DNA of 64,000 nucleotides from Lingula anatina (GCA_051362555.1 CM120641.1:29208401-29272400); one strand, 5' to 3'. Shown: positions 42,601-56,400, counted from the first letter of the stretch. Translations and numbers: made by a program. The notes: generated by a model from the sequence alone, not told the origin.

Positions 42601-45600
42601 ATCCAACACATCTGTTGTGCATTTTATAAGTACATATTTCTTTTACTTTCATTTACTGCACCTAAGTATTGTCACCATGGCTTGGTAAAAGGGCAATTTT
42701 TTTTTACAGAACGAATTCAAATGTTGATGTTTATAAAAAAAAATCATGTTAGTAAGTCTCTTTTCTAGAATCTTCTACCTTATTTTCAGCTGTGTTTCTT
42801 CTTGCAAAAGATGGTTGGGTGTAACTCCTCTGATTTTTTTAGATATGACCTTAAAACTTCTTTCTTATCTTGTTTTTAGTTCCACTTTCACTACTCAAGC
42901 ATTCCTCAAGCAAATTGTGAAAGGCTGTTGTCTTATTTCAGTATGAGAAGACAGAAGAGGTGAACCACCTGCTTTCCCTAGTCACTCCACCTTCTGATCC
43001 AGGCTTAGTTGATATTCAAAGGTTTGCAGAAATAAACGGTTTTCATTTCTTTTTTTTTCTTTCTTTTTTTTTTAATTGCCAAAATATGAATTTACTGTAA
43101 AGTTACTCTATGAAGAAAACGGTTTCTGCATTAGTGAGCCCAAATATTGAATAAAATTATTGAAGGTCAGAAAATGAATTGATAATCTTATTCAACATTT
43201 AATAATAAGCAGGTATAAAATATTTATAATTTGATACCATGAAGTGAATTTTTTTTTATTTTTATGAGTCGTTGTATTAATGATAGAAAATTTTTCCAGC
43301 AGAGATTTTCAAACAGTAACACTCGCTGAAAATGACTCTAAGGTGAAGGAAAATTGTTCCACAAAGGAGCAAGAGCAGATAATAGAAGCAACAAATACAG
43401 AAGAACTTGACAGGTAAAACATAACAAAATACTATGTTTTCCAGAATTAGGAAGCAAATGATGGTCTAGATTGAAGTCACACGGAATGTAGTTAGTTTAT
43501 TTTATAGTCGCCAGGTGGCGACTAAGTCTATCAGCTTTTTCTTTTGTTATATTTTATACTGTTATAAGTAATCATATTTTAGGTTTCATGGAATGTGCAT
43601 TGTGTAAAAGCAAGGCATTTTATTTTCTAATAAATAAATAATTAAACTTAAATGATGTGTGACTTAGGTTTTTTAAAAACTGCATTTAGATAGCACATAC
43701 CATGATCAGTAATAGAAAATAAGAAAAATAAAATGAGAATTACAAAGCAGTCACTAAATGTCAAATTTTTAATCTATTGATTCTGTTAAGGTTTAGCTAC
43801 TCTTTAAAAGATTCCAGTGAAATTGATTAGAAGCTGGAAAATGCAAAAGAGCCTTACCTCACAAAGTTAAAGATGCAGGTGCCCTTTTGAAATATACTTG
43901 ACGTTAGTGTTTCACATCTGGGACTGACTTTCATGCACATAAAGGGTATTTTCGTGTTATGACATCTTGTTACAATGTATTAATAACGCCTACAATGTCC
44001 CTGCTGTCATGACACTAGCTTGTTCATATGAGGATTACAGAAGATTGGAAATTCATATGCGTCACATATGAACTGAAAACAAAGAACCCCATTGCAACCA
44101 CCCCATTATGTAAATCCTTGGTCACTCACTCCGGTATTCTGATGACCAAAGTTAGTTTGGTCATCTGTCTAAATAACTTTTATTCTGAACAGGCTTTTGG
44201 ATTTATTTTGTTTCATCTGCTATGGATTTCAGTGATGATGACTTGGAGCCATATGATATGTCCAATGACGCACCAGTTACGAAGACAAAGGCCCCCAGAT
44301 ACGTGCGGGACTGCATGGAAGGTCTCATATCATCGGATGACCCAGAAAGAGTTGAGTCTTGTCTATGTGCTGCTGCTGATCTAATAAGATCCAATCCTGT
44401 TGGACTTAAAGAGGTCAGTTTTATATTGGTTCAATTATTTTATGATAATACTGATTTTATTTTTATTTTTCCCTTTGTGACAGATTTAATCAAATCCACT
44501 TGTCGTTATCACTTTGACCACTTTTTAAGTCAAGTGCTTACAGAAGACCTTGGCATGGCACTAAAAAGTCACAGTGTTTAAGGAGCATTAAAAATCTGCT
44601 ATACAAACTGTTTGCAAAAGTTATTACTATAGATTCTCATTGCAGATGGCCTTTGAAATCCAACTGCACTCGATGATAAAAGAGCCATATATATTAGAGA
44701 TGAATTCTATTGTGCGATTTGTTTATTTTTTACATTTGTGTGAACTTGTTTTTAATTTACAAAAAATTATGTCTACAACACGCATGCATGTGTGCATGCA
44801 TGCACAGGCACACGTGCCCACACACACATCAAGGCTAAGAGGGTTAGTCATTTGCTGATTGGATTTTCAGATAGCTGTTGAATTCATCAAGATCCTACTG
44901 CACCTCCAAGACTCTTTTACTTTACTAAACTTCATTTCCTTGCGACACAGCGCCATGGTTGCTCTGGGCGTATCTTGTCCTGTGGAGGTAGGTTGTTCTT
45001 GTTGCTGGTTATAATGACTGGACAGTCTTTTTAAATTAAGTCAACCTTTATAAATTTAAGTAGTGGTCGAATCCAAGTGCAGAGAAGGATGGATAAATGG
45101 TTCGCAAGTACGAAAAAATTACTCCAAATTGCCCTTAAACCATTTAAGAAACACAATAAAGTGACCTGCTTCAAGCCAAATATCAATTACAACACAATTT
45201 TGTTATATTCAGTAATGATCTTGCTTTATTACAATAGAGGATATGTAAAATGAATAAATCATTAGACCTTAAATGAGAATCAGTTGGTAAGATGTCTTTT
45301 GTACCCGTTGAAAGGTGTCTGATTGTTAGTTTCTGTTAAAATAGAAAATGTGATATTTTTCAGGTATCCGCCTATTTGACTAAAGAGTTCTACAGAAGAA
45401 ACTATAACATAAGACAGAGAATGGAGATGTTGGAGGTAAAGTGTACATCCAGGCTGGAACATCACTAATATAGATTAAAGTACACTAAGAAAATACATCT
45501 TGGGCAAGGGTTAAGATACACCCCATTTCCATAGATTTTTAGATCGATCTATCCCTGTGGGGAGTCTCACTAGATTACTGTCAGCTTGGCCGGCTTAAGC

Positions 45601-48600
45601 GTCTGTCCCGCCTACTAAAAGCTGTAAGGGGGTAATTAACTATGGTGCCCGCTCTGCTGACTGCAATTTAGCGTGAACCCCCAGGGAGTTGGGACGATCT
45701 AAATCTTAATCTTTAGATCGAGCTAAATCTCTGGGAAAGCACCCATAGTTTTGGTTTTGTTCAAAGTTAATATTCAGTATAATGTACAAATGTTACTGGT
45801 CAAGATTTTCAATTTCATACAGTTAATGATTTACAGATGCCTGCGCGTGTGCACACACACATACACACTCACACACTATTTTATAATAGATTTAAGTCAA
45901 TTCACAGTATTATCCCCTCAGTAACATATTTTCCACATTAATTACAATTTCAGTTCTCAGTCTTTTGGAGGAGGAGATACTATGGAGTCAAATAGTGTAT
46001 ATAGTGTAAGGTGTATTACCGGTATATTACAGGTACTTGGAGGTATTGCCAAAGAGCTTTCCCAGCCCTTTACTGTTTCTCATAAAAACTGTGGTGAAAA
46101 GATGCAACCCAAACCAATTCAGATCTTACAGGAAAATAAGAGCGATGATATCAAACCTGAGGACTGGAGAGAGGTAGTGCAGAGGAGAATTGAAGCCAAG
46201 ACGCATAGATTTGCCAAAGGCCCAAAGGCGACAAAACCAGAGGCACTACCAAATCGATTTGCTCCTGTGGCCGGAGACTTTTTCTTCCCCCTATTAAATT
46301 GTTTTGACAGGTAAAGTAAGAAGATTAGATTATGTCTGTTGGGTTTAAGATTGTGATACTAGTCACATTAACAAATGTCTGTCAGTTGATGCTCATGAAT
46401 TGCAGTGCAAGAAAGAAAATGCTTTATGTATGCTTGAATTTATAACAAACTTCTGCAAACATTTTCATTTATTAATTTTTCCCTCTTTCTTTATTTGTTT
46501 TTATTTATTTATAATTAACATTTAATTATTTATTTATTTGCAGTACTGGGGCATTAAAAGAAATTGAATTGTTCTTTAGTTATATAAATCTTTGATGTAG
46601 ACATAATTGAATGGTTTGGATTTTTTTTTTTCACAAATTTTCAGAAAGGACCTTCCATTTGATCTACTTGGTGAGGATTGCCTGTTACTTGGACGCCTGT
46701 TGTATACATTGGGTATAGTTGTTTATGCTGCCACCAATGCCCCAGTAAGTATTATTATAAGTTGTTTGATATGATGAAAGAAATTTTATAAGATTGACAA
46801 AAGCCAATTTGTTGAAATGATATATATCTAGAAAAAAAACAAGGTCACTTGGATAGAAATTTTACATACAATGCATAGTTCGTAGATATTTAGCAGAAGA
46901 GCTGTAGCAAAATAAAATTTTATGTCAAGCAACATGGCCATGACCATTTTGTTTCATGTCATCTCTGAAAATGGTAATTTTACTATAACAATAGTTTACT
47001 ATAACAATAAGTAGCCAGGAAAAGATTATTCATCTTATTTCAAAATGATCCCAATATACAATGATTCTTATATTTGAAAATACAAAGATTCACTTGTTAT
47101 CTCTACATTTCATTTAGTTGTATAATGTAACAGCCACAGGAAACTTAATATCACAATATAGATGTTTAGTACAGTTAATTTTTTAGTCTTTATTTTCTTT
47201 TTATTATCATCTTTGATGTTCTTTCATGTTGATGTTGAAAGTCTTAAATTTGTTCTAGATTGCAAAACACATGGGAAAATCTTTGCTTGAGTTTACATGG
47301 GGAATTAGATATCATCCTGACAGGTAGGTGAACCTATCACAGATCAGATCATTGATAACTATTCATTAAACTTAAAAAAAATTTTTTTTTCCGGTATAAG
47401 GAAGTTTTTTTTTCAAATTTATAGTGCTCAGGAAATGAGTTCAGTTAATCTTTCCTTTTGTTTTGCTTGGACATGAACTACTGATAAATATAGAAAAAGA
47501 CTAGATTTTGCCCATATTGTTTGAAAGTTTATACTATAGAAAACGAGATACACATTCTACTACTGTGCCTGTTGTATAGTGATTTGAGGGAGAGATACTT
47601 CATACCCACCCTGAGCTTCAGAGATAACTTGACACTAACCTCTTCACTATAGCCTATCTTCATCGTGTCAAGTTACCTCTGACGAAAATAGTTTGACCTA
47701 GTTTATATAAGCCAATCGAATCCATGTTTCAAAATTTTTCACCAAAGTTTGGTGAAAACGCTGATTGGTTGACCGTCAATCGGCAATCCTCGGCTGATTC
47801 CGCAAGCTCCATACTAACAACATAGTTTTTGTCGAGTGCGGAGACATCCGAGTAGTTCCGAGTGCATAACCGTACACAAAGAAAGCATGGAGTATATTGG
47901 AATTGAAACCAGAGCAGTTTGATGCCCTGCATAATTATCTACTGAGGGATGATGTATTTTGCGTGCTGCCCACAGGTTACGGCAAGTCCCTGATATTCAG
48001 CCTTATCTTTGATTGGTCCGGATTTGAACAAAGCGCGCTTTGACTCGTTCGCGTTCATTGGCTAGATCGTTCAATGAGTCATTGAGTGCGGGCTTTAAAT
48101 TAGATTGGCGGGCGGCGGAGGCAATCGAATGTGGTCAGAGGTAACTTGACACGATGAAGATAGGCTATAGTGAAGAGGTTAGTGTCAAGTTATCTCTGAA
48201 GCTCAGGGTGCTTCATACCAAGATGGACAAAATATAGTATAAATGAATGATTACTTACTTTGATTATACCTGACATTAGTACAGATGGCATGTTCTCATT
48301 GGCAAGATTTTTAACTAGTGCATTTGTATTGCTAGAAAAGATTTGTTGCTAGTGAAGTGAGTATAATTCAAAGAGTTGATTAAGAACATTATAATGTGTA
48401 CAATCATTTAGAATCAGAGAACTAGCTATTATGGATATATGTTCATATTTATTCAGTGTACATAAATACATTACTACTAGTGGAAAAATTATGGTGAAGT
48501 TGCACATGTATTTTGGGTCGGAGACCCTAAATTACGAAATGAATTACGGAATAAAGATCATACAGTTGTCAGTTTATTGTTCACCTGAACAGGTAATTCG

Positions 48601-50646
48601 GCTGTGACCAAGTATGTCAGAGTGAACAGACTCAACAGTCAACAGGTTAATCAAATATGTGGATCTATCATAAATGAAAACTTTTAACAAAATGTGATTA
48701 CAGTTGTTATTTCATGAAACTTACTTGGAATTTAGGGATGTGATTTTTCAGTGCTGCACATAGTACTAATATATAAATATAGATGATCATTTATAAATCT
48801 TCAATTTGACTGTAAAAAGAATTAATATTTTTCCCTTTTCCTAAAACCTTCCAGTTTTGAAATGATGTATCTGTAACTTATAACTAAAAGGAATAATGAT
48901 TAATGAAACTGCATCACATAAATGAAAGTTAAGATGGTTAAAAAAATTAACTTCTTTGTGAAAGAATGATTTTATCAAAATTTTAATCTCAACCAGAGGA
49001 TCAAAGAATTAGATATTCCAAATTATTTTATGAATGTATCAGTTTGAAAAAGATATGGAATTTTAATTTACTTTTGTGCAGGTACGTGCTTGTGCACGTG
49101 GGCTTCTGCATTTGAGGGTATGTTGCATTTAAAACATTTTGAAATGATATTACTACCAGCTTGGACATAATAACGTTATTATGTCCAAGCTACCAGGAAA
49201 GTACATCTAAGAAGCAACATGTAATAACTGAGATAATGAAAGTACTTATTTTATTTTATTTTGAATCATTACAGGTCCATTCTTCAAGCTGTACTGTTTG
49301 CTGTCTCCATGGCATTTCTTGCACTGCCACCTCGTGTCTTCATTACGGAGCTTCAGACAGAGGTGATGGAGGTGAGGCAGTGGTTAGAAGGTAAGTTAGC
49401 AGTTTCATTTCAACAGAAATTTGATTGGACTTCGTGCTGTATGCACAGGCCTGTAGCTAGCGATTTTAATGGGGGCAATTCTTTTTCTGAAAAAGTGGAC
49501 CTTTTACCATGAAACCTTCATGTAATCAATTTTTGCCACCAGCAGACCTTTCCCTGGCAAAAAGGGTGGTTTGTTTGACACCCCCCCCTCCCCGACCACA
49601 AGCCTTATGGACTTCCCTCCGATTGAATTGGATAAGCCAGTGACATAAGATTACTACCAATAGCTACCACCTATGAACAAATATAGCCAGATACTAAGCC
49701 ATCAGTGGCCCACTAATGGACCACGTGCTTAATAAGCGAGGGCAGTTTCGAAAAGAAGCATGAAGATGTAGATGAAGACCCTGCTTGGTCCACCAGCAAG
49801 GTGTAGCAGTAACCTTACAGCTAAAATGTGAAATTAACCCGACAGCCTATCTGGGTACCCTCTTTTTCTTTTTTACTAGTACTAGATATTCACAGATATG
49901 TCTCCAACTAATTCATGGCACATTTCTCCTCTGCGTCGGAAAAAAGTGCACATAATTAATCTGCGGTCCTTGTAGAGGGAACTATCTGAACATGTTTTAA
50001 GATTTTAGAAAGCAGTTGTCTATCTGAATTTAAAGGCATACTGATAGATCTTCTCTATAACCGCATGCCATATGCTGGTATAGGAGAAGGTTCTCTGAAA
50101 CTAAGACCCCATTCCCACAGATTTTAGATTGATCTATCCCCGTGGGGAGTCTCACTAGATTACTGTCAGTTTAGCCAGCTTAAATTGCTGTCCTGCCTAC
50201 TAAAAGCTGTAAGGGGGTAATTAACTGTCGTGCGCGCTCAGCTGACAGCAATTTAGCGTGAACCCCCAGGGAGTTAGGTCGGTCCGGATGGATTGGTCTA
50301 AATCTCTGGGAATGCACTCTAAGGGTGACAGGTTTCCTTTAATCTTCTGTAAAATGTGCCTGTGCATTTTACCACCTTAAAAGCTGTGTTTATTCACATA
50401 TATTGCTTAATATTATATTAGAAAGATCTATTTTAAAACATTTTTGAAATTTAAATTTCCATGAATTGCATCTTTGAATTATTTATATTACTTTCATTTG
50501 TGGTACATTCACATGGTCCTATTTTTGATTTAAAAAAATGTTTTCCAGACCTTTCAGAGAAGAGTGTTGACAGCAGTTGTCAGAAACAGGCAGCACAGAC
50601 ACTATTACTGGTGCAGCATATTCTATCACAGGTACTATTTGAATAA
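38314..50646 (+). CDS. TELO2: Telomere length regulation protein TEL2 homolog (TTT co-chaperone subunit), 18 coding exons, about 851 aa
   Basis: Exons: 38314-38684, 39355-39564, 39740-39894, 40219-40366, 40843-40945, 41224-41292, 41530-41671, 42362-42498, 42942-43021, 43300-43413, 44233-44413, 44871-44987, 45364-45435, 46033-46310, 46645-46744, 47259-47323, 49275-49390, 50549-50646. Phases are consistent; total 2556 nt. TELO2 motifs: WGDSSAVKHTAYDQHHYISRA, VRLLGMVVAE, ELDSDDDLEPYDMSND, PRYVRDCMEGL, VVQRRIEAKTHRF, NRFAPVAGDFFFPL, DLLGEDCLLLGRLLYTLG. Confidence 0.93.
38935..39102. mobile_element. Family D MITE (CAGGGGTGGAT...ATCCGCCCCTG) in TELO2 intron 1
   Basis: 11-bp imperfect TIRs with cctta on both flanks. 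The same sequence is embedded in family A elements (14853-15020, 53643-53810, 60540-60710, about 10715-10885). Confidence 0.8.
39572..39637. repeat. (AC)n(TC)n compound microsatellite
   Basis: Direct reading; immediately after the TELO2 exon 2 donor. Confidence 0.95.
45517..45745. mobile_element. PIF/Harbinger-like MITE (same family as 28390)
   Basis: Shares the internal sequences GGGGAGTCTCACTAGATTA, AAGCTGTAAGGGGGTAATTAACT and TTTAGCGTGAACCCCCAGGGAGTT. Confidence 0.75.
47607..48210 (+). mobile_element. Non-autonomous TIR transposon with a RecQ helicase fragment (AcademH-like), in TELO2 intron 16
   Basis: Perfect 77-bp TIRs (47607-47683 and 48134-48210) and a perfect 9-bp TSD CTTCATACC (47598-47606 and 48211-48219). 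The internal frame 47903-47998 reads LKPEQFDALHNYLLRDDVFCVLPTGYGKSLIF (RecQ motif 0 plus Walker A). Confidence 0.88.
49446..49605. mobile_element. Decayed MITE (CAGGCCTGTAGC end); partial relative at 32890-33018
   Basis: Both carry (T)CTG(T/A)AAAAGTGGACCTTT. The 33-kb copy ends GGCTATGAGCCTG, complementary to this 5' end. Confidence 0.45.
50105..50319. mobile_element. PIF/Harbinger-like MITE (same family), TAA target duplication
   Basis: taa|GACCCCATTCCCACAGATTT ... AAATCTCTGGGAATGCACTC|taa. Confidence 0.8.
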
Positions 50647-51969
50647 TATGCTTTTCTTCTCCTGCTTCTTTTGTCTGTCATTGTATCTGATATTTAATGT
50701 TCTGAATACTTTTTCTGTTCTGGTCAATGACGCCTGTATATGTTATCAGAATTCCTGTGGTTGCAAAATCACATTTGCATTTTTTATTGTAACTTTTAGG
50801 TCTTTAAGTGTCATAATTTAACACAAGTATTAAACTCAGCATTTTGTGATTATTTTCACTAAAGATATCATATAGTTTGTGATATTTTGCATGTATTTTT
50901 TTATACTTTTAGTGTCTGTATATAGTTAAAAAATCAAGAAGATTACCAGTCTTTATGCAGGTGGATTGAAAAAAAAACTTATTTTTAGGCCTGAATATGC
51001 ATCTCTTGATAGAATTTAGTTACGCAATAGAAGTTACTTTTGTAATAGATTGTTTATGCATGGACACCTGTAAAAAGCTATTGTTTCATAAAAATAATGT
51101 CAATCCTAACCCTTGTGGGTTTCCACTTCAACCACTGAACAGAGTAAGTTGCTTCCATAATCCTGCAACCGTTTGGATTTAAAGTAAGCACAAGCTATAA
51201 AATCTCTTGTGGAGTTCTTAGGGTTCACACCTGTAAATTATCGGAGTTTCTGACTGGACTTGACCTTTTCATAGAGGCAAATTTAAGGTAATTCAATTAC
51301 TGACAAAATTAGGCAGGTTGTTTGTTATTTGACATTCCAGTGCTGAAAGAGTTGCACAATGGTATTTCCTTTCAGAAACACCAAACTTACATATTCTATA
51401 AGACATATTTTATTCTTTTGGGGAACAATAAGATCAAATGATGATAAAGCAAAATAACTTATTTCTGTGTTTGCTTCATATGTTACTTAAATTGTCTGAA
51501 CTACACTGATGTGTTGCAGCTTAAATGAACAACACAACTGTATAGGATGACAATTTCTTTTAAATTTACGCAAGTCTATTAACGAGTTTAGTCAATTTTT
51601 TAATGTGAAAAATTAACAGAATTTTCAAGTTTTTACTGTAGAGGCTAAGGCCCATATACTCATCTTGCATTACACTTATCTGAATTGAAACACTTAGACT
51701 GGTCCTAACACGCCATTTAACTACATTTTTTCTCCCTTTCACAAGACCAATCAGAACTAGAGGATCAGAGAGGCGATACCGCCTCCGAATATTGTACCAC
51801 CAGCTGGAGTAAGCACATTCGTATAGACCCCCCCCCACAAAAAAAAGGGACAACACCACCAGTCTTGTGCTTGACAAGCTGTAAAAAAATGCAATCAACA
51901 AGAATTCTCAAAATATGCAAAAAAAATATACAACTAAAAATGGTACAATCAAAGTTCAGTTCTTCGTAA

Positions 51970-53481
51970 GGTAGGCCAAAGGTCAATTTCAAGGTCACAG
52001 TAAATTTCCAGTATATGACTTTATATTCAAGTTCAATAGTAACTAAGGACCTATCTCTGCCAGTTTTGGAGATAAAAGGGAACCAAAATTTGTAAAGTTC
52101 AATTCATGATGAAAAGTAGGTCAAAGGTCAATTTCAAGGTCACACTTAGATTGCCAGTATATGACTTCCTATTCAAATTCAACAGTAACTATGGGCGTAT
52201 CTTTGCCAGTTTTGGAGAAAAAAGGGAACAAAAATTTGCAAAGTTAAGTTCATGGGGAAAAGTAGGTCAAAGGTCAATTTTAAGGTCACAGTAAATTGCC
52301 TCTAATGACTTCATATTCAAGTTCAATAGTAACTATGGACCTATCTCTGCCAGTTTTGGCGATAAAAGGGAACGAAAACTTGCAAAGTTCAATTCATGAT
52401 GAAAAGTAGGTCAAAGGTCAATTTCAAGGTCACATTTAGATTGCCAGTATATGACCTCCTATTCAAGTTCAATAGTAACTATGGACCTATCTCTGCTAGT
52501 TTTGGAGATAAAAGGGAACAAATTTTGCCAAGTTCAGTTCATGGTTAAAAGTAGGTCAAATGTCAATTTTAAGGTCACAATAAATTGCCTCTAATGACTT
52601 TCTATTCAAATTCAATAGTAACTGTGGGTGTATCTCTACCAGTTTTGAAAACAAAAGCATTAAAAAGTTGCAAAGGTCAGTTTATGGTATAAAGTAGGTC
52701 AAAGGTCAATTTCAAGGTCAGAGTAAGATTACAAGTATATGACTTCCTATTCAACTTCAATAGTAACTATGGACCTATCTCTGCCAGGTTTGGAGTTAAA
52801 AGGGAAAGAAATTAGCAAAGTTCAGTTCATGGTGATAAGTAGGTCAAATGTCAATTTTAAGGTCTCAGTAAATTGCCTCTAATGACTTTCTATTCAAATT
52901 CAATAGTAACTATGGGCGTATCTTTGCCAGTTTTGGAGATAAAAGGGAACTAAAATTTGCAAAGTTAAGTTCATGGTAAAAAGTAGGTCAAAGGACAATT
53001 TTAAGGTCACAGTAAATGGTCTCTAATGACTGCGTATTCAAATTCAATAATAACTATGGACGTATCATTGCCAGTTTTGGAGATATAAAGTAGGTCAAAG
53101 GTCAATTTCAAGGTCTCATTTAGGTTGCCAGTATATGACTTCCTATTCAACTTCAATAGTAACTATGGACCTATCTCTGCCAGTTTTGGAGATAAAAGGG
53201 AACTAAAATTTGCAAAGTTCAGTTCATGGTGAAAAGTAGGTCAAAGGTCAATTTTTAGGTCACAGTAAATTGCCTCTAATGACTTTCTATTCAAATTCAA
53301 TAGTAACTATGGGCGTATCTTTGCCAGTTTTGAAAGTGTGAGCATTAAAAAAGGTGCAAGGTTTAGTTTATGGTGTAAAGTAGGTCAAAGGTCAATTACA
53401 AGGTCAGAGTAAGATTACCAGTATATGACTTCCTATTTAACTTCAGTAGTAACTATGGACCTATCTCTGCCGGTTTTGGAG
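51970..53481 (+). repeat. Tandem array of 144-146 bp units (AGTAGGTCAAAGGTCAATTTCAAGGTCA...)
   Basis: The anchor agtagg recurs at 52115, 52261, 52405, 52550 and onward; about 10 units. Confidence 0.92.
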
Positions 53482-56400
53482 ACAAGGCAGCAAAGCTGTC
53501 AAATGTACAGACAAAAAACAGAAAATAAAGATGCAAAAAAGATCATTTTGTCAATTTTGATGCAATAATAAATAATGCTTATAATAGCACTGTCAGTCAA
53601 CACTGAATTTTAATCTTGCACAACAGGTAACATGGTCAATAACAGGAGCAGACCCAGAGATATTTTCTGACAGTATTACAAAGTATCTATGTTGATCCAT
53701 CCTCCATTTTGATGGTCTTCCAACAGAAACAAATAGATACCAGTCAATATAAACTTAATAACCTGACTGTCTTCCGGAAGACCCAGAAGATGGTCTCAAT
53801 CCACCCCTTCAATAAGATTACAGTTTCAGGACCATGAGAGTTCAAATTCACATTATGAAAGTCTCAATATTTGAAAAATGATGACAGTGCATAAAATAAT
53901 ATTACATAATGTTTAAAGACATAAAAAACAATACAACTGCTTATGTAGAAATACAGAAAATGTGCAGAGCCCCAGGCAAATGAGAGTTAAAAGTCACAAA
54001 TGTAAGTGTTTGAGAAAAAATTATAAAGGAAAACAACAAAACTAAAAAAGCACTTTGAAAGTGCAGACCTCTGCCAAGGCAGCAATTGTTGATTATTATT
54101 GATAATTGACTGATTATTGATTCGGACCACCACCAAAAATTAATCATTGTCCTCTTTGGCCTACTTCCCACAGTTCCTGAAAATTTCTGCAAAATCAGTC
54201 CATAACTTTTTGTGTTATGTGGATGACAGACAAACAGGGGTGAAAATATAACCCCCTTGGCAGAGCTTGAGGTAAATATAATTCCAATGAAGATGCTTTT
54301 CAAACTTTTAATCTTCCAGTTTGATATATATATATATTTGCAATTTGCAATATTAAACAAAATTTACCTGCATAATTATCACTGCTTCCTTATTATTAAT
54401 CTAGCAGAGAGCTTTACCTTTGGGAGTTTACAGGGAAATATCAATAAGTGTGCTTTACGTAATCTCATTTAATGGCCTATTAAAGCAAATGACTAAATAT
54501 AACTCTGAAATTAATCTACTGATACCCAAGGGTAATTTACAGACTGACCCACTCAAAGGTCTTCAGGCCCATAAGTCACACCTTAAGAAAAGCACAAAAC
54601 CATAATGCCCAAAATAGGAGACTACCAATCCTGATGCAATAATACATTATGTTTAACTGCACAGTCAACATCAACTTATGCACAACAGGTAACACAGACG
54701 AAAGTAAAAGCATAAGGCTCCAGGCCCATCAGAGTTCAAGTTTATACTTAGAAAGTGCCAGAATGAGAAAAATGAAAATTTCACAAAAAATGCATAAATA
54801 CAATAAACATGATAATCCAATAGAACTGGTTTTCTCATGAGCTGAAGGCCAATCCTAAAAATCGTACTTGTAAGTTTAAAATTATAATAAGTAGCACAGT
54901 TTTCTTTTCATAATGTTTGCAGTAGCAGTGCAAAAAGATTGTTGTCAATTTTGATGTAACATTACATAATAAATTAGAGAATAATTATCACCAATTTTTG
55001 TTTATTGACTATAAATAGGATGGACATGTAGAAAATATGATTACCATTTGGCTTCATGTCCATGGGAGCTCCGAGTCCCATAATGAATATGCCAAAAAGA
55101 TAATGAATATTACACTAAAATGTATAACTTCCAGAAAAAGAAGCCAATTAGACTGCTTTTCTAACTCAGGCTGCATTTTAGTTCTGTGTTTCTTTTTTAA
55201 AAGTTTGACAGTCATAAGTAACACGGTTTTCCCATAATGGTCATCAAGGCAGCAACACCAAAAATTGTGTTTTCTTCTATTTTGATGCAACATTACATAA
55301 TGCTTAACAGCATAATGACCAGCAATTTTTAATAATGAAATATAAGTGTCATGGATTTTCACAAAATGTGACTAGCATGGGTCTTCAAGCCCGTGGAGGT
55401 TCTAAGTCACACCTTGGAAACGCCAATATGTGAAAAATTAAATTTTCACAAAAAACTGTTTAATTGCCAGAAAAATTTACCAAACAGACTGCATTGCCTA
55501 CTGAAGCTGTATTTTAGTCCCATGTTTCTTTCCTGTAAGTTTGAGAACAGTAAGTGACATGATTTTCCTTAAATGGTCATCATGGGAGCAGTGCCCAAAA
55601 TAGGGGTTTCTTCAAATTTTGATGCAATATTACATAATGTTTTACAGCATAATGACCATCAATTTTTAATTATAAAATATTAGTATCATGGTTATTCAGA
55701 AAATGTAACTAGCAAAAGTCTTCAGGCCCATGGAACTTCAAAGTCACATATTGAAAATGCCAAAATGTAAACAAGACAGCACTGTTCTGAAATGGCTTTA
55801 TTTCCATTTTTAACACTTTTTTAACATAAAACAAAATAGACAGTTTACTGCCATTTTTATATGACCAATGAAGAAAATTGATGAGATGGGAAAAGTATCA
55901 ATAGAACAGTGTTAAATGTCCAACTTCCTCCATTCTGAGATTCTGAACATAGTGGATGAATGCATCTGACAAACTGCAATGAAATGAGTTTATTTCCATT
56001 TTTGACACTTTATTACACAATACATGATAACAAGTTTACCATCATTTTTACAAAATCAACTAACAATGTTGTAAAGATGTAGGAAATGTCAAACAAACAC
56101 TTTTACGTATCTTATTAGTTCAATAATGAGACTGTTAACATGCCTAAGAATTGAATGTGAGGAAATGTGAAAAAACAGCATAACTTCTAAAATAATGGAC
56201 TGATTATGCTGATTTTCAAACTCAACCTGCGTTTTAGTAAGTTTGGCCCCTCCTGTGAGTATAATGACAATTGGCCAATTTGTTTTTCTTATATTGTGTT
56301 ATCAGTGTTGCATATATACTGAAAAAAGTGAAAAAAAAAAATTCCCTATAAGTGGCCCGATCGTGCTGATTTTCGAACTTGACCTGCGTATTATGAATAT

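Noticed and set aside
49082-49117. Acceptor-like tgtgcag|G as a TELO2 exon
   Set aside because: The acceptor at 49274 already gives the homologous RSILQAVLFAVS sequence; this one adds nothing recognisable.
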